IMG/VR virus record: IMGVR_UViG_3300028388_002422
Coordinates: 1 to 55,089 of that record
DNA: 55,089 nucleotides
DNA from: a virus
Taxonomy: Duplodnaviria; Caudoviricetes
Reading direction: 5' to 3' (one strand)
In this document: in pieces, positions 1 to 9,478 of the stretch
Layout of the letters: the number at the start of each line of letters is the position of its first letter
Position numbering within the stretch: the stretch's first letter is position 1
Program-made: the position numbers and the translations under genes
Notes under the pieces: model-generated
The model's input: the letters and a program-made list of their open reading frames with translations, nothing else
Told to the model about the DNA's origin: nothing
Database searches by the model: none

Positions 1-136
1 TCGCTAAATTCCCACCGACCCCCAGAGCTGCGGCTGTGAACAACAGAACGATCCTGTTTTCTAAAGCACTAGCGAGATTGCCAAGGCCCCCGCCAGACCT
101 ACCATTGCTGCCAGTAGGATCAGATCCGTTAGCCAC
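1..136 (-). CDS. Partial putative membrane protein running off the left edge (MANGSDPTGSNGRSGGGLGNLASALENRIVLLFTAAALGVGGNLA...)
   Basis: Read by eye: GAGGA RBS then GTG at 136, open to position 1, hydrophobic segment; not in the ORF track. Confidence 0.4.
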   Translation of the reverse strand, partial: MANGSDPTGSNGRSGGGLGNLASALENRIVLLFTAAALGVGGNLA

Positions 137-227
137 TCTTCTATCCTCTGCTTTGTGTTACGCATTACACTCTGTGTCGTAATCGGTCAAAATCGGATTA
201 GCTCATTTAAATGGTATTACCCTAGCC

Positions 228-401
228 TTATTTAGCTGCCGGCTTTGGTGCTAGTTCTGTTGCCGCTTTTTCTTCCGGCTTCAGCGTGCTGTGAAACTGC
301 TTCAAACAATCGGCCAAAGAAGCTTGCTTTTGTGCTTCAACTTTTTTGCCTTTTATAGCGGCTTCATCATTCGATTTTTTCAAATCTTGAGTAGTTGCCA
401 T
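228..401 (-). CDS. Small Lys/Ala-rich hypothetical protein (57 aa) downstream of the major capsid gene
   Basis: GAGGATATATC-ATG at 401; MATTQDLKKSNDEAAIKGKK...KPAAK then TAA; below the ORF-track cutoff. Confidence 0.7.
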   Translation of the reverse strand: MATTQDLKKSNDEAAIKGKKVEAQKQASLADCLKQFHSTLKPEEKAATELAPKPAAK

Positions 402-444
402 GATATATCCTCGTTAACTGCACGTCCTTGTGCAAGGTCAAAAC

Positions 445-1455
445 TTAACCGTTGGTTTGCAGGAATGCCATCCCAATGTTTTTACGGTCAGCGTAAACAC
501 GGTTCCAGTTAGCAGCTGCTGCGAGTTCAGCTTCGGTCGGCGAAACGCCAGCAACCGATGCGGACTCAAAAGTAAAGCCAACAGGATGGATGATATGGGT
601 TTGACGGGTGTGGATAATATCTTGGCCACCACCATCACCAGCAGAAGCTTCACGTTCCATTTCTGATGGAACCGGCGGCTGACCAATACCGTGGGCCATT
701 GCACCTTCTGCGAACAGAATCGAGGTGTAGGTAATACGGTTGGTACCAGCAACAGCCGGAAGAGCGTCATCAACAACAACACGATAGCCGAGATAAGTAG
801 GAATCTGAATATCGGTATTGGACGGCTGCAAATATGCAATCAAATCTTGCACTTGCAAACGCTGATAAACAACAGAGTGCATAGCAATGACAGAAAGCAT
901 TGGTGCATGGTCACCCATAGTGCCCGCTGCTGCAATAACTGCTTCGCCACTAATCAGCTCTGAGGCGGCAGGTGCGCCAACTGCGTCCGTTGCAATGCTA
1001 TACAGCATATCGCCGCTGTCATTGGCAACGTTATCGGCTAGAACGCCCATTGCAGACTGAATAACACGACGTGACAGCGTAGTACGCCAGTATTGGCCAA
1101 TACGGCCAGTAATAGCAGCCAGGGGATCAGCAAGAGCAAGCTCACGAGACAGATCCATCGTGGACCAAGATTTGTTCATAGCAGCCAAACGCCAGGTTTG
1201 AATGCCAGAACCGATTTTAGCCGGCGTACTACTGGATGCCGGATCATCAGATGAGTAATTCGGCTCATCGTTAGTCAAACCAGCGTAGAAAGGCAGCTCG
1301 CCAGTGCGACCACCCATGTTAGCCATGCCGGAAAGTTCAGTAGATTCCGCAAGAATACCGCCTCCAACAAAAGTGTTGAGTTCGACGGCCTGTTCTTGCA
1401 TCGTCTGGTTAAAAGTAGTCGGTTCGTAGATGTCAGCAAGTTGTACTGTTGCCAT
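445..1455 (-). CDS. Major capsid protein (SETP3/Jersey-like siphovirus type)
   Basis: Motifs EPNYSSD, IAMHSVVY, TYLGYRVVVDD, EREASAGDGGG, ANWNRV; follows scaffold and portal; GAGGA RBS. Confidence 0.93.
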   Translation of the reverse strand: MATVQLADIYEPTTFNQTMQEQAVELNTFVGGGILAESTELSGMANMGGRTGELPFYAGLTNDEPNYSSDDPASSSTPAKIGSGIQTWRLAAMNKSWSTMDLSRELALADPLAAITGRIGQYWRTTLSRRVIQSAMGVLADNVANDSGDMLYSIATDAVGAPAASELISGEAVIAAAGTMGDHAPMLSVIAMHSVVYQRLQVQDLIAYLQPSNTDIQIPTYLGYRVVVDDALPAVAGTNRITYTSILFAEGAMAHGIGQPPVPSEMEREASAGDGGGQDIIHTRQTHIIHPVGFTFESASVAGVSPTEAELAAAANWNRVYADRKNIGMAFLQTNG

Positions 1456-1503
1456 GATATTCCTCGATTAATTTAAATATTGCGCTAGCACAACTAGCTA
1501 AAT

Positions 1504-2313
1504 TTACTTGTTTGCCTCCGCGGCAAGTTTTTCGGCTAATGCCGGATCAGATTTACGTAGACGAGCTTGCTCAGTCACGTTATAATCTTTAGTACCTTTC
1601 ATAAACGGATTTGGCGTATTCGCCGTACCGCTACCACCTCTTGCGCCACCACTCTGGCTTTCAGGCCAGTAATGAGGATACTTTTCTCGGAGTCCTGCTA
1701 CAAACAGCTCTGGGGTTAAAGGTTTACCGTCGACTACACGTAAATTGCCTTCGTTGTCACGTGCTTCCAACGTTCCATCAGAAGAAACGGTAAATAATCC
1801 CTTGCCACGAAGCAGAATATCGTCAATTGCAGTGTCACGGACACCAGCTTTCGCTGCTACTGCGCGAATAGCATGACCGGCTTCCGACTCATGAAACAAA
1901 GTCTCATATTTTGACCCAGTTTCTTGTGCTTTAGTTAGTTGTTCTGACAAATCTTTTACTTGATTTTGAAAATCAAGCTTTAAACGTTCAGTATGCTTCT
2001 CAAGGACGTCGGTAAACTTACCTTCGGCGACAAGTTTAGCATCTTCGTTATTTTCGAATTGCTTAAGCATGTTGCTAATTGTTTCTGGGTCGCCGAGTCC
2101 TTCAAAAGCCTTGAATTGCTGTTGAAGTTGTTTCTTTTCGTCTAAGATTTTAGCAGAATGGTTACGCAAGCGATCAATTTCTTGACTTTGCTCCGTCATT
2201 TTGCTTTCCATCTCTTTTAAAGATGCTTGTAATGAGCCTAAATCTGGCCCACCAGCACTTCCACCGGTTCCGTCTCCGCCCTCATCTTGTAATTTATGCT
2301 TTAAAACGAACAT
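1504..2313 (-). CDS. Capsid scaffolding protein
   Basis: Coiled-coil, Gly-rich N-terminus, C-terminal SGGARGGSG...NPF; lies between portal and capsid genes. Confidence 0.85.
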   Translation of the reverse strand: MFVLKHKLQDEGGDGTGGSAGGPDLGSLQASLKEMESKMTEQSQEIDRLRNHSAKILDEKKQLQQQFKAFEGLGDPETISNMLKQFENNEDAKLVAEGKFTDVLEKHTERLKLDFQNQVKDLSEQLTKAQETGSKYETLFHESEAGHAIRAVAAKAGVRDTAIDDILLRGKGLFTVSSDGTLEARDNEGNLRVVDGKPLTPELFVAGLREKYPHYWPESQSGGARGGSGTANTPNPFMKGTKDYNVTEQARLRKSDPALAEKLAAEANK

Positions 2314-2331
2314 TTCTACCTCACAAAGGAT

Positions 2332-3852
2332 TTATCCCGCAGAAGTACCGACTGCGGGGTTAGGTTGAGAACCTTCCGGCAAACCACCATCCGGTCCTTT
2401 AGTGTCACCAGTCTCTTCAACTTCGCCTGCGGCGACAAGAGCGGCATAAGTATGCGTATCATTTTTAATACGCTCTAATTCAGCTTTTGGATCTTCCCCC
2501 TCCTGTAACATACCGGCTCGGCGGAAGTTCTCAAGAGTTGTTTCAGACGAAAGAATACCAGCTTGCCAAGACTGAACAAGAGCAATTTGCTCGTTAGCAG
2601 TCATCTGGAAGCTACTGAATTCTTTGTTGACTAAAATTTCAACATTTGGAGTCCGAGACATCCATTCTGCGATCATGTTGCATAAACGCTGAAGTCCGTT
2701 CCCGGTAGTTGCAACCACTGAAGCCACAGTGGCGGCAGCCATGGATTGACGCAATCGAATGGCTTCACCAGACTCTGCGAGTGTGTTGTCATTACCAAGC
2801 AAATTAGCCCCAAGCCGAATAGCTTCAGACATTTTGTCCTTAATATACATTCGAACATGATCAAGTGCCGAAGTATCAGTTTTAGGATAATAAGCTTTTG
2901 CTTCTGGTTGCTCAAGAATTAAAGCAACATTACTGCCGATAGCCGTTGGAATTTGTTCTGGATCAACTCCAGACAATGTCAACATAGGGTTACAGCTCAT
3001 ATATTGAGCATTTCTTAAATCCGCATCGACCTGGTAGATACTGACTGCGAGATTCGCAAGTGGCCAAAGAGGCGGGGCGTCAATATCCGGCGTGAGGTCG
3101 ACAGTTCCGAGCGCAATGAAAGGTATGTAATTGAGAGGCTTTCCTTGCACGGTGGGCACAATGCTTTCATAAAGCTTGCCATTTTTATACTTACCGATTT
3201 CGTAGACGCCCTCGTTGTTGATAATGAGCAATAAGTGATAGCGGTCGGTATTGCCTGCTTCCCAAAAGCTAGATCTAGTAGCGGTGTCTCGAAGTAAAAC
3301 ACCGGTATAAACCAGATTCTCATCCGACCCTTCCGTTTGCCAGTTTACAATATCTTCCGTTTTGTAAACAACAATTTTAGGCCGGCCAGTAATTGGATCG
3401 GGATCAGCTAAAATGCCACAACGACCCAAGGACATAACTTCAGTATTTAAATAGAGTTCTAGCTCGCTAAAATTTTTACCGTCTGGCGTACAAGAATTTA
3501 AAAATTCTTCGTAGGGCAAATTGTTATATGCGGAAGGATTTCGTAAAATAAGACCAACGATGCCACGTAAAGTAGCATCAGTGAACTCAGGAAAACGTGC
3601 CCGCATTTTATACGACGCATAAGGTTTATTTTTATGGTCGTTATATGGATATGCTTCGTAGTATGAAGTAGAAGTTGGAGCTACAGCCTCAACTTTCTCC
3701 ATAGCCGCCGGCATCGGCAAATAGCGAGTATTCGACGCTTTAATCGCCGTCTCACCTTCTAAAGCATCACGAACGGTTTGCCACTTACTAGCAGCATTAA
3801 TATAATCGCTATGAACTTGCTTTTCTTCAATTTCTAAAGGTAGAGTGCTCAT
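2332..3852 (-). CDS. Portal protein (DUF4055-like)
   Basis: 506 aa; WQTVRDALEGE, YLPMP, YKMRARF, AESGEAIRLR motifs; directly after TerL. Confidence 0.9.
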   Translation of the reverse strand: MSTLPLEIEEKQVHSDYINAASKWQTVRDALEGETAIKASNTRYLPMPAAMEKVEAVAPTSTSYYEAYPYNDHKNKPYASYKMRARFPEFTDATLRGIVGLILRNPSAYNNLPYEEFLNSCTPDGKNFSELELYLNTEVMSLGRCGILADPDPITGRPKIVVYKTEDIVNWQTEGSDENLVYTGVLLRDTATRSSFWEAGNTDRYHLLLIINNEGVYEIGKYKNGKLYESIVPTVQGKPLNYIPFIALGTVDLTPDIDAPPLWPLANLAVSIYQVDADLRNAQYMSCNPMLTLSGVDPEQIPTAIGSNVALILEQPEAKAYYPKTDTSALDHVRMYIKDKMSEAIRLGANLLGNDNTLAESGEAIRLRQSMAAATVASVVATTGNGLQRLCNMIAEWMSRTPNVEILVNKEFSSFQMTANEQIALVQSWQAGILSSETTLENFRRAGMLQEGEDPKAELERIKNDTHTYAALVAAGEVEETGDTKGPDGGLPEGSQPNPAVGTSAG

Positions 3853-5165
3853 ATACTCACAACACTTAAATAAGACTTACGATCTGTGATCGGCATAATA
3901 TATGCAATTGGATAGCCACCGGCATCATTGATATGATCAAGACCACTGGTCTTATCTGGCCGACCATTTACGTCGTAAGTTTGCTGTTCTAATGCTTGTG
4001 TATATTCAGGACAAGTTTCAGTATTAACATACAGAAGTCCTTTTTCAAAAGCACCATTAACTGCGGCAACGCGATCCTTTACAAAAGGATTGGACGCCCG
4101 CACCTTAACTAAAAATCCAGCTTTCTTTAATAAACTGTGATCACTTTTACCTGCGTTGGTTGTATTACCACTGCGTCCCGTTGCATCAGGATACACATAA
4201 ATTGGGTTATGCGGAAAACGATCTTTTATAACTTTGATCATTTCGGGAGTATCAAGCTGATCTTTAAACTCCCAAACTGCGTGGTACTGTTCTCCTCGCT
4301 CTACATAGACCACCGCCGCTTGTTTACGGACGTTAAAGTCCATACCAATAATTAATTTTTCTTTTTCACCAGGTAACGTGTCAACATGGTGTACGTTACG
4401 ATCAAAAGTATAGTATACAGCGCCAGAAGTAAGATTAACAAACTCTCCATTTAGATATGCCTCGATTAATTGCTCAGGATACGTGTCACGGAGGGACTGT
4501 ACAAAATCACTTGGGAGATAAGGATTATCAGCAGTACGAGCCTTAACCATCCCATAATCAGCGCCTCCCAACTTGACCCAGCGCTTATAGCAGAATTTAA
4601 AGCCTTCAGGTGTACTGAAAGCCCAAACTCTGTTAGATACGACTTCTCCGTTTGCCTGGCGATAAACTTGACGAGTACGAGCTAAGGTTTTATTCCACGC
4701 CACTTCCATTTGAGCAAGTGTAGGAATATCAGCCTCGTCAATGTATGAACGTGCCACTTCAAACGCAACAATGCGAGAAGGATTGTCCATCGATCGACAT
4801 ATAATTTGAGAACCATTCTCTAAATGGATAATATATTCAGATTTATTGAATTGATACTTAACGCCCCATTCGTTAAATATCTCTTGTAAACCAGGTACGT
4901 TATTCAATCGCAACAAGTCGTAAGACGGCGCAAGAACAAGTAAACGAATTCCTGGATATTGAATAGCGTCAAGAGTGACGCAGAGGTGTAATGCGTGGCT
5001 TTTACCTGAACCATAACCAGCAACAAGAAGCATAAACTTCTTATTTGCATTAATCATGGCTGCTTGATGCTTGAGTGCTTTAATACGGCGGACACTACCC
5101 GACTGCCGCTTCCGCGAACGGAAACGGGCCGGATTGGACGTACGCTGTACTGCGCTTAAACTCAT
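3849..5165 (-). CDS. terL: Terminase large subunit
   Basis: Walker A AGYGSGKS, Walker B YIDEAD, STPEG, nuclease motifs IGMDFN and DHINDAGGY. Confidence 0.95.
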   Translation of the reverse strand: MSLSAVQRTSNPARFRSRKRQSGSVRRIKALKHQAAMINANKKFMLLVAGYGSGKSHALHLCVTLDAIQYPGIRLLVLAPSYDLLRLNNVPGLQEIFNEWGVKYQFNKSEYIIHLENGSQIICRSMDNPSRIVAFEVARSYIDEADIPTLAQMEVAWNKTLARTRQVYRQANGEVVSNRVWAFSTPEGFKFCYKRWVKLGGADYGMVKARTADNPYLPSDFVQSLRDTYPEQLIEAYLNGEFVNLTSGAVYYTFDRNVHHVDTLPGEKEKLIIGMDFNVRKQAAVVYVERGEQYHAVWEFKDQLDTPEMIKVIKDRFPHNPIYVYPDATGRSGNTTNAGKSDHSLLKKAGFLVKVRASNPFVKDRVAAVNGAFEKGLLYVNTETCPEYTQALEQQTYDVNGRPDKTSGLDHINDAGGYPIAYIMPITDRKSYLSVVSI

Positions 5166-5187
5166 TTACAATGGCGCCTCTTAACCA

Positions 5188-5646
5188 TTATTCCACAACC
5201 TCAATTTTGATGGCTTTAATAGTATTATCACTGCCGCCAACTTCGGATTGGAATGATTGCGCAAAACGGTTAAGATACGCAAGACTTGCCTGTGTGCCTT
5301 GTACTCCTCGCATATTTTCGAAGAGCGCTGCTACTGCGTCTGACTTTGCTTTGACTCGTCCTTGTAGGTAAGTTGATACGAAGTACAGAGCATCATATTC
5401 AGGCAGTACTCCTTGCGTTAGTCCATAATAGTTTAAGGCCTCTTCAATAGTGAGGCCCCGCGCTAATGCTTGAATTTCAGGCTTGTGCTCTACCGGTTTA
5501 AAAAATTTAAGACGCTCATTGTCCCATTGACGAGGGATAGGTTTGCCCCAGTCCATTATGACGGTGCGCGCATAATCCTCATCGGAGAGGACGTCGTCAT
5601 CATCAATGTCGGTACTTACTGGTAATTTATCGTCTGGGACAGCCAT
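5188..5646 (-). CDS. Putative terminase small subunit
   Basis: Immediately upstream of TerL; HTH-like LARGLTIEEALNYYG; start moved to ATG 5646 because a promoter lies at 5692-5720. Confidence 0.65.
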   Translation of the reverse strand: MAVPDDKLPVSTDIDDDDVLSDEDYARTVIMDWGKPIPRQWDNERLKFFKPVEHKPEIQALARGLTIEEALNYYGLTQGVLPEYDALYFVSTYLQGRVKAKSDAVAALFENMRGVQGTQASLAYLNRFAQSFQSEVGGSDNTIKAIKIEVVE

Positions 5647-5691
5647 AACTGGGAATCCAATAAGATTCTCCCCTTCGCACACCTTTTTTAT

Positions 5692-5720
5692 ATTATAGCG
5701 CGTCCTCTGCGAAAAGTAAA
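5692..5720 (-). promoter_or_regulatory. Sigma70-type promoter for the packaging/head operon
   Basis: Minus strand TTTACT-N17-TATAAT. Confidence 0.6.
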
Positions 5721-5970
5721 GCGATATTTTCGCCAATTTTTCTCCGCGCGAATGGAAAAACATATAAGTTGGGGCTATAGGGGGGCCCTAAGTGTAGGTT
5801 CTGATATCGCATGTGCGATAAGGAATACAGAGACCAAGGATAGCGGACGAGTATAATGGTCACCAGGGGCGCCCCATAGGCCCGAGCTATGACCCCATAG
5901 GGCCACCCTATATCGCCAGCTATTAATATTACCAATAAGATTAGCTAATATCAATTATAGAAAATTCGAA

Positions 5971-5999
5971 TTGTACTTTTTTTAAAAAGGTGATATAAT
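5971..5999 (+). promoter_or_regulatory. Early promoter P1
   Basis: TTGTAC-N17-TATAAT; same -35 hexamer as four other promoters. Confidence 0.8.
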
Positions 6000-6148
6000 T
6001 ATAATCATAGGGAGTTAAAAATAATTTGATGAGGATAATATAAATTAATTTTATATGATATAAAAATGATTTATCATTAAGTATATTTATATAAGTATAT
6101 TTAATGATACATCATAAGATGTATCTAACACAACGATAGGATAGACAA

Positions 6149-6508
6149 ATGACTGACTCATATGAAAAAATGATGGCCTCTGCGGTAGAACTTATTGAAG
6201 CTGGCGCAACTAAAGGTAAAGTTGAAGGCTTCATGAAATATATGTATGATGCATCCACTAATGAAGCTAAAGAATGGAGTGCTAAAGCTTTCGAGCAATG
6301 TGGAATGTCACCAAATGCTTATGGACATGCAGATCATAAGGAAACTGTTGCATACCTAAGAGAAAACTATGGTAAGCTTGCTAAGAAAGATCTCATCAAT
6401 GGAATGTGTGAGGTTAATGGTAAAACTTATAAGACCAACCAACATGCATATAATTATATTGCCATGATGCAAGAATGGGCAAAACAAGAAGTTGAAGCAA
6501 ATAGCTAA
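6149..6508 (+). CDS. Hypothetical helical-repeat protein, paralog 1 of 3
   Basis: C-terminus YNYIAMMQEWAKQE matches the ORFs at 7427 and 18275; AGGA RBS. Confidence 0.85.
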   Translation: MTDSYEKMMASAVELIEAGATKGKVEGFMKYMYDASTNEAKEWSAKAFEQCGMSPNAYGHADHKETVAYLRENYGKLAKKDLINGMCEVNGKTYKTNQHAYNYIAMMQEWAKQEVEANS

Positions 6509-6521
6509 CTTCTAATATGAC

Positions 6522-6545
6522 AAGATTCCAAGGATGGAATCTTTT
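6522..6545 (+). terminator. Hairpin / weak intrinsic terminator
   Basis: AAGATTCCA-AGGA-TGGAATCTT followed by TT. Confidence 0.5.
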
Positions 6546-6559
6546 AATGGAGATATATT

Positions 6560-6673
6560 ATGACATTCTCATATGGTATAATTGTTGAAGAGTTAACTTG
6601 GGAAGAACTGACAGTCGAGGAAATTACGATATTCTTGCGTAGCCTCATGCTTCTACGCCCTCAAGCTGAATAG
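6560..6673 (+). CDS. Small acidic hypothetical protein (37 aa)
   Basis: GGAG RBS; MTFSYGIIVEELTWEELTVEEITIFLRSLMLLRPQAE; followed by a terminator. Confidence 0.6.
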   Translation: MTFSYGIIVEELTWEELTVEEITIFLRSLMLLRPQAE

Positions 6674-6687
6674 CATCATACACTAAT

Positions 6688-6722
6688 ATAGCCAGGTCCT
6701 TCGGGGTCTGGCTATTTTTTTT
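6688..6722 (+). terminator. Rho-independent terminator
   Basis: ATAGCCAGGTCC-TTCG-GGGTCTGGCTAT followed by a T-run. Confidence 0.85.
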
Positions 6723-6790
6723 AACTCGTCATAAGCCAGCGGGAGGAAAGCTTCGATACTACTACAACCCTGCGCGACGTTTACCGTATT

Positions 6791-7260
6791 GCCATACCAT
6801 ATGCGGCCATACCATATGAGGGGTGCGCGAGGTGATGTAGTGTGGAACGCGGTGCGTGATGTGGTGCGGCTTGAGGTGCGCTGCGCTGAATACGGCGCAC
6901 ACTTATGGCTTGAGGCAGTATAATTTGGACTAGGGCCTGGCAATAATCATCAGGTATTAGTATTAATTATATTATATATATATTTTTTTTTTTTTTTTTT
7001 TTTATTATAAAATGCTTATCAGAGCCTAGGTTCCTGAGCCCACTCAAGCCCGGACACTAGGCTCTGATGGCCTCCGGGGGTGTCAAGCACGCTAGGCACT
7101 CTCGCTTAGCCTGCTAACTGCACAATGCAAAGCGCTTGCTTAATCGCACAATGCGAAAGAAAAAAGGCAGATAAATCAAAGACTTACGACAACTAGTGAC
7201 TTTACATTAGCTCTGAAAGGGCCAAGCGCTTACTCAAGCACTACCTTGCAGAAGCGTTAT
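6791..7260. repeat. Non-coding repeat-rich region (candidate origin or terminus)
   Basis: GCCATACCATATG x2, GGTGCG x4, GGCTTGAG/CTCAAGC in opposite orientations, T21 at 6983-7003, 12-bp inverted repeat 7018-7029/7057-7068, GCACAATGC x2. Confidence 0.7.
7174..7186 (+). promoter_or_regulatory. IHF-binding consensus site
   Basis: AATCAA-AGAC-TTA matches WATCAANNNNTTR, with an upstream A-tract. Confidence 0.5.
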
Positions 7261-7294
7261 TAGTCAAACTTATAGGGTCAATAAGAATTTTTAA

Positions 7295-7324
7295 TTGTAC
7301 AAATTTTAATTTATAGGCTATAAT
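7295..7324 (+). promoter_or_regulatory. Early promoter P2
   Basis: TTGTAC-N18-TATAAT. Confidence 0.8.
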
Positions 7325-7426
7325 TAAATTGAAAGTGGGGAAAATGTCCTCGCTACAACCAAACTGCGGTAATGTCTATCGCAGTATATAAACTTTAATG
7401 GCACAGCCATTATAATGGAGATTATT

Positions 7427-7783
7427 ATGTCAAAAGCAACTGAAAACACCATGAAAACCAAAGTTACCGAAATGTTGACCGCAGGTGAGCGTATTGGCAA
7501 GATCGAAGGCTACTTGCTGTATGAGCATGATCTTTCCACGAACGAGGCCAAGCAGTTTGTTTCTGATACGCGGGAAGAGCTTGGAATTGAGTCTAGGGGC
7601 CAAGGTCCTGTGAAGCTACCTGAGATCGTGGCCTACCTGCGTGCCAACACTGGCAAGCTTGAAAAGAAAGAGCTGATTAACGGTATGATGGAAGTCAGCG
7701 GTCATACCTACAGCACGTGCCAGCATATGTATAACTATATCGCAATGGCACAAGAGTGGGCACGGCAAGAGACAGAAGCATGA
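7427..7783 (+). CDS. Hypothetical helical-repeat protein, paralog 2 of 3
   Basis: Collinear with 6149-6508 (GKIEG, STNEAK, VAYLR, KKELINGM, YNYIAMAQEWARQE); GGAG RBS. Confidence 0.85.
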   Translation: MSKATENTMKTKVTEMLTAGERIGKIEGYLLYEHDLSTNEAKQFVSDTREELGIESRGQGPVKLPEIVAYLRANTGKLEKKELINGMMEVSGHTYSTCQHMYNYIAMAQEWARQETEA

Positions 7784-7986
7784 ACCTGCTCGAGGCTCTC
7801 AATACCGTCCAATTTGATTGCCCTTCAGAGTATGCCCGGTCATACGCCGGGTATGCTCTTAAGATGGATGTAACAGATGAAGGGTTCAGAACACAGCTGT
7901 TATATGTACGCAGTAATTTGAGTTCATGGCGCGGGCCACTCGCACGACAAGCAAGGGCCGCCATAGATGAAGCGCTAAAATCCTGA
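7780..7986 (+). CDS. Hypothetical phage protein
   Basis: ATGA overlap with the previous gene; QLLYVRSNLSSWRG motif familiar from phage early proteins. Confidence 0.7.
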   Translation: MNLLEALNTVQFDCPSEYARSYAGYALKMDVTDEGFRTQLLYVRSNLSSWRGPLARQARAAIDEALKS

Positions 7987-8055
7987 TTCGCACGCGCGAA
8001 TTAGTACCTGCACAGGGACGTGCTCTTTCTTATAACATGTCTTCAGGAGTATAAC

Positions 8056-8283
8056 ATGTCATCACCTACTACTATCCGTTACGCCGCATCAAAAGATGAG
8101 ATCTACATTGTTACCACTTACTTTGATAAAAGCGGCCTAGGTTCTGGTCGGTTTTTGTCGGTGTTTCAGGTATACAATGTTTATGACACGGGCCGCACCG
8201 TGCTTACACTTAGCCAAGTGTATATGACGGAAGCCGGCGCCATCGCAGAATGGCAATCGCACGTCGCAGGTTTGGTAGCATGA
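8056..8283 (+). CDS. Hypothetical protein
   Basis: AGGAG RBS before ATG 8056. Confidence 0.65.
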   Translation: MSSPTTIRYAASKDEIYIVTTYFDKSGLGSGRFLSVFQVYNVYDTGRTVLTLSQVYMTEAGAIAEWQSHVAGLVA

Positions 8284-8369
8284 ACTTTCCTGGTTGGCTA
8301 CTGTTTTTGATCGGTCTTAATCTTGGGGCCGCCTTAGTCGGGGCCGCATTAACTTTGGTATGTGTTTGA
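8280..8369 (+). CDS. Small hydrophobic peptide (29 aa, single TM)
   Basis: ATGA coupling; MNFPGWLLFLIGLNLGAALVGAALTLVCV. Confidence 0.5.
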   Translation: MNFPGWLLFLIGLNLGAALVGAALTLVCV

Positions 8370-8388
8370 TAAACAAAAAGGCATAATT

Positions 8389-8571
8389 ATGACGTTAGAT
8401 AATGTACAATTTGACGTACGGTGGGCATTCGGTAATCTTACGCTTTCATGTAAAGTCGAAGAGCTGCCGCGTGACTTTTGGATCGAGGCCATCCGGTATC
8501 TTGAAACGAAAGGCCTTGACCTCACTACGGATCAATACTTTGCTTTGGAGAGCTGGTTAGATGATGAATGA
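8389..8571 (+). CDS. Hypothetical protein
   Basis: ORF in a tightly packed early operon. Confidence 0.6.
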   Translation: MTLDNVQFDVRWAFGNLTLSCKVEELPRDFWIEAIRYLETKGLDLTTDQYFALESWLDDE

Positions 8572-8812
8572 AATACCGATGAAATTAAAGCTTCTTATTC
8601 TGCGTGCAATAGCTGAACGCGCGGCACAGTTAGAATGGGGCACAGACGAACAAATCGATACCGAGGATGCATTTTATACTTTATCAGAGCGCTGGTTTGG
8701 TATTGATTGGGAAAATCATACTTACTTATTAAAAGCCACTACGTCTGAAGCTATGGCTTACGGTTTGAAAATAATTGCAGCTATAATTGAAGGATTAGGT
8801 TATGAGGTTTGA
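8561..8812 (+). CDS. Hypothetical protein
   Basis: ORF overlapping both neighbours. Confidence 0.6.
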   Translation: MMNEIPMKLKLLILRAIAERAAQLEWGTDEQIDTEDAFYTLSERWFGIDWENHTYLLKATTSEAMAYGLKIIAAIIEGLGYEV

Positions 8813-9284
8813 ATCTTACATTAGCCAAGCTACTATAGTACGCGGCGATGAACTTGACCAATATGGCATCAGTGATGATTGTTTGTATGCTTTAGTCTAT
8901 CCTGGCGGTTCACATATTGTGCGGTCTGATGGTGATGATGGCTCCTGGTGTCTGACAATAGGCAATGAAAGTGAATTGTCCGAGGATTTATTAACGCTCG
9001 AGGCGCAGCTTTACCTTTGGGCCGCAGACGAGGGCCACTTCGACGATACCATTAATACTGACACTCTTTTTGAATGGATAATTGCTCATTGTGCTCAAGC
9101 TAGGCGATCGGCTATCGATACAACAGAATATGTTGTAAGCTACGAAAATTTTCGTGGCTATATTAAAACTGAAAAGCATTTTAGCCCACGGTCTGCGTTA
9201 ACTCTGGCATATTGTAAAGATACAGTACAAGAGTATTTTAACTTAATCAACCGCAGTATCTATACGATTAAGGGGCTGTCATGA
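8802..9284 (+). CDS. Hypothetical protein
   Basis: 160-aa ORF with AGG RBS. Confidence 0.65.
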   Translation: MRFESYISQATIVRGDELDQYGISDDCLYALVYPGGSHIVRSDGDDGSWCLTIGNESELSEDLLTLEAQLYLWAADEGHFDDTINTDTLFEWIIAHCAQARRSAIDTTEYVVSYENFRGYIKTEKHFSPRSALTLAYCKDTVQEYFNLINRSIYTIKGLS

Positions 9285-9478
9285 CAATTAAGCACGAAGA
9301 CTTCATTATCACTTATCATCCTAGTGCAGGTTGGAAAGCGGTATATTATTGGTGGAATCCCGATCTTAAAATGATGGAACCACTTAATACCAGTCCAATT
9401 GCATTTAACACAAAAGACGGGGCAATACGATATGCCAAACAGTGGGCTATTGATGAGGGCGTCCGATATGTGGACTAA
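9281..9478 (+). CDS. Hypothetical protein
   Basis: ATGA coupling, AGGGG RBS. Confidence 0.65.
   Translation: MTIKHEDFIITYHPSAGWKAVYYWWNPDLKMMEPLNTSPIAFNTKDGAIRYAKQWAIDEGVRYVD

Noticed and set aside
6683-6943. 86-aa minus-strand ORF and other short antisense or alternate-frame ORFs in the track (for example 18260-18733, 24149-24643, 35885-36316)
   Set aside because: They are shadows of real genes or of repeats, with no RBS and orientation against the operon.
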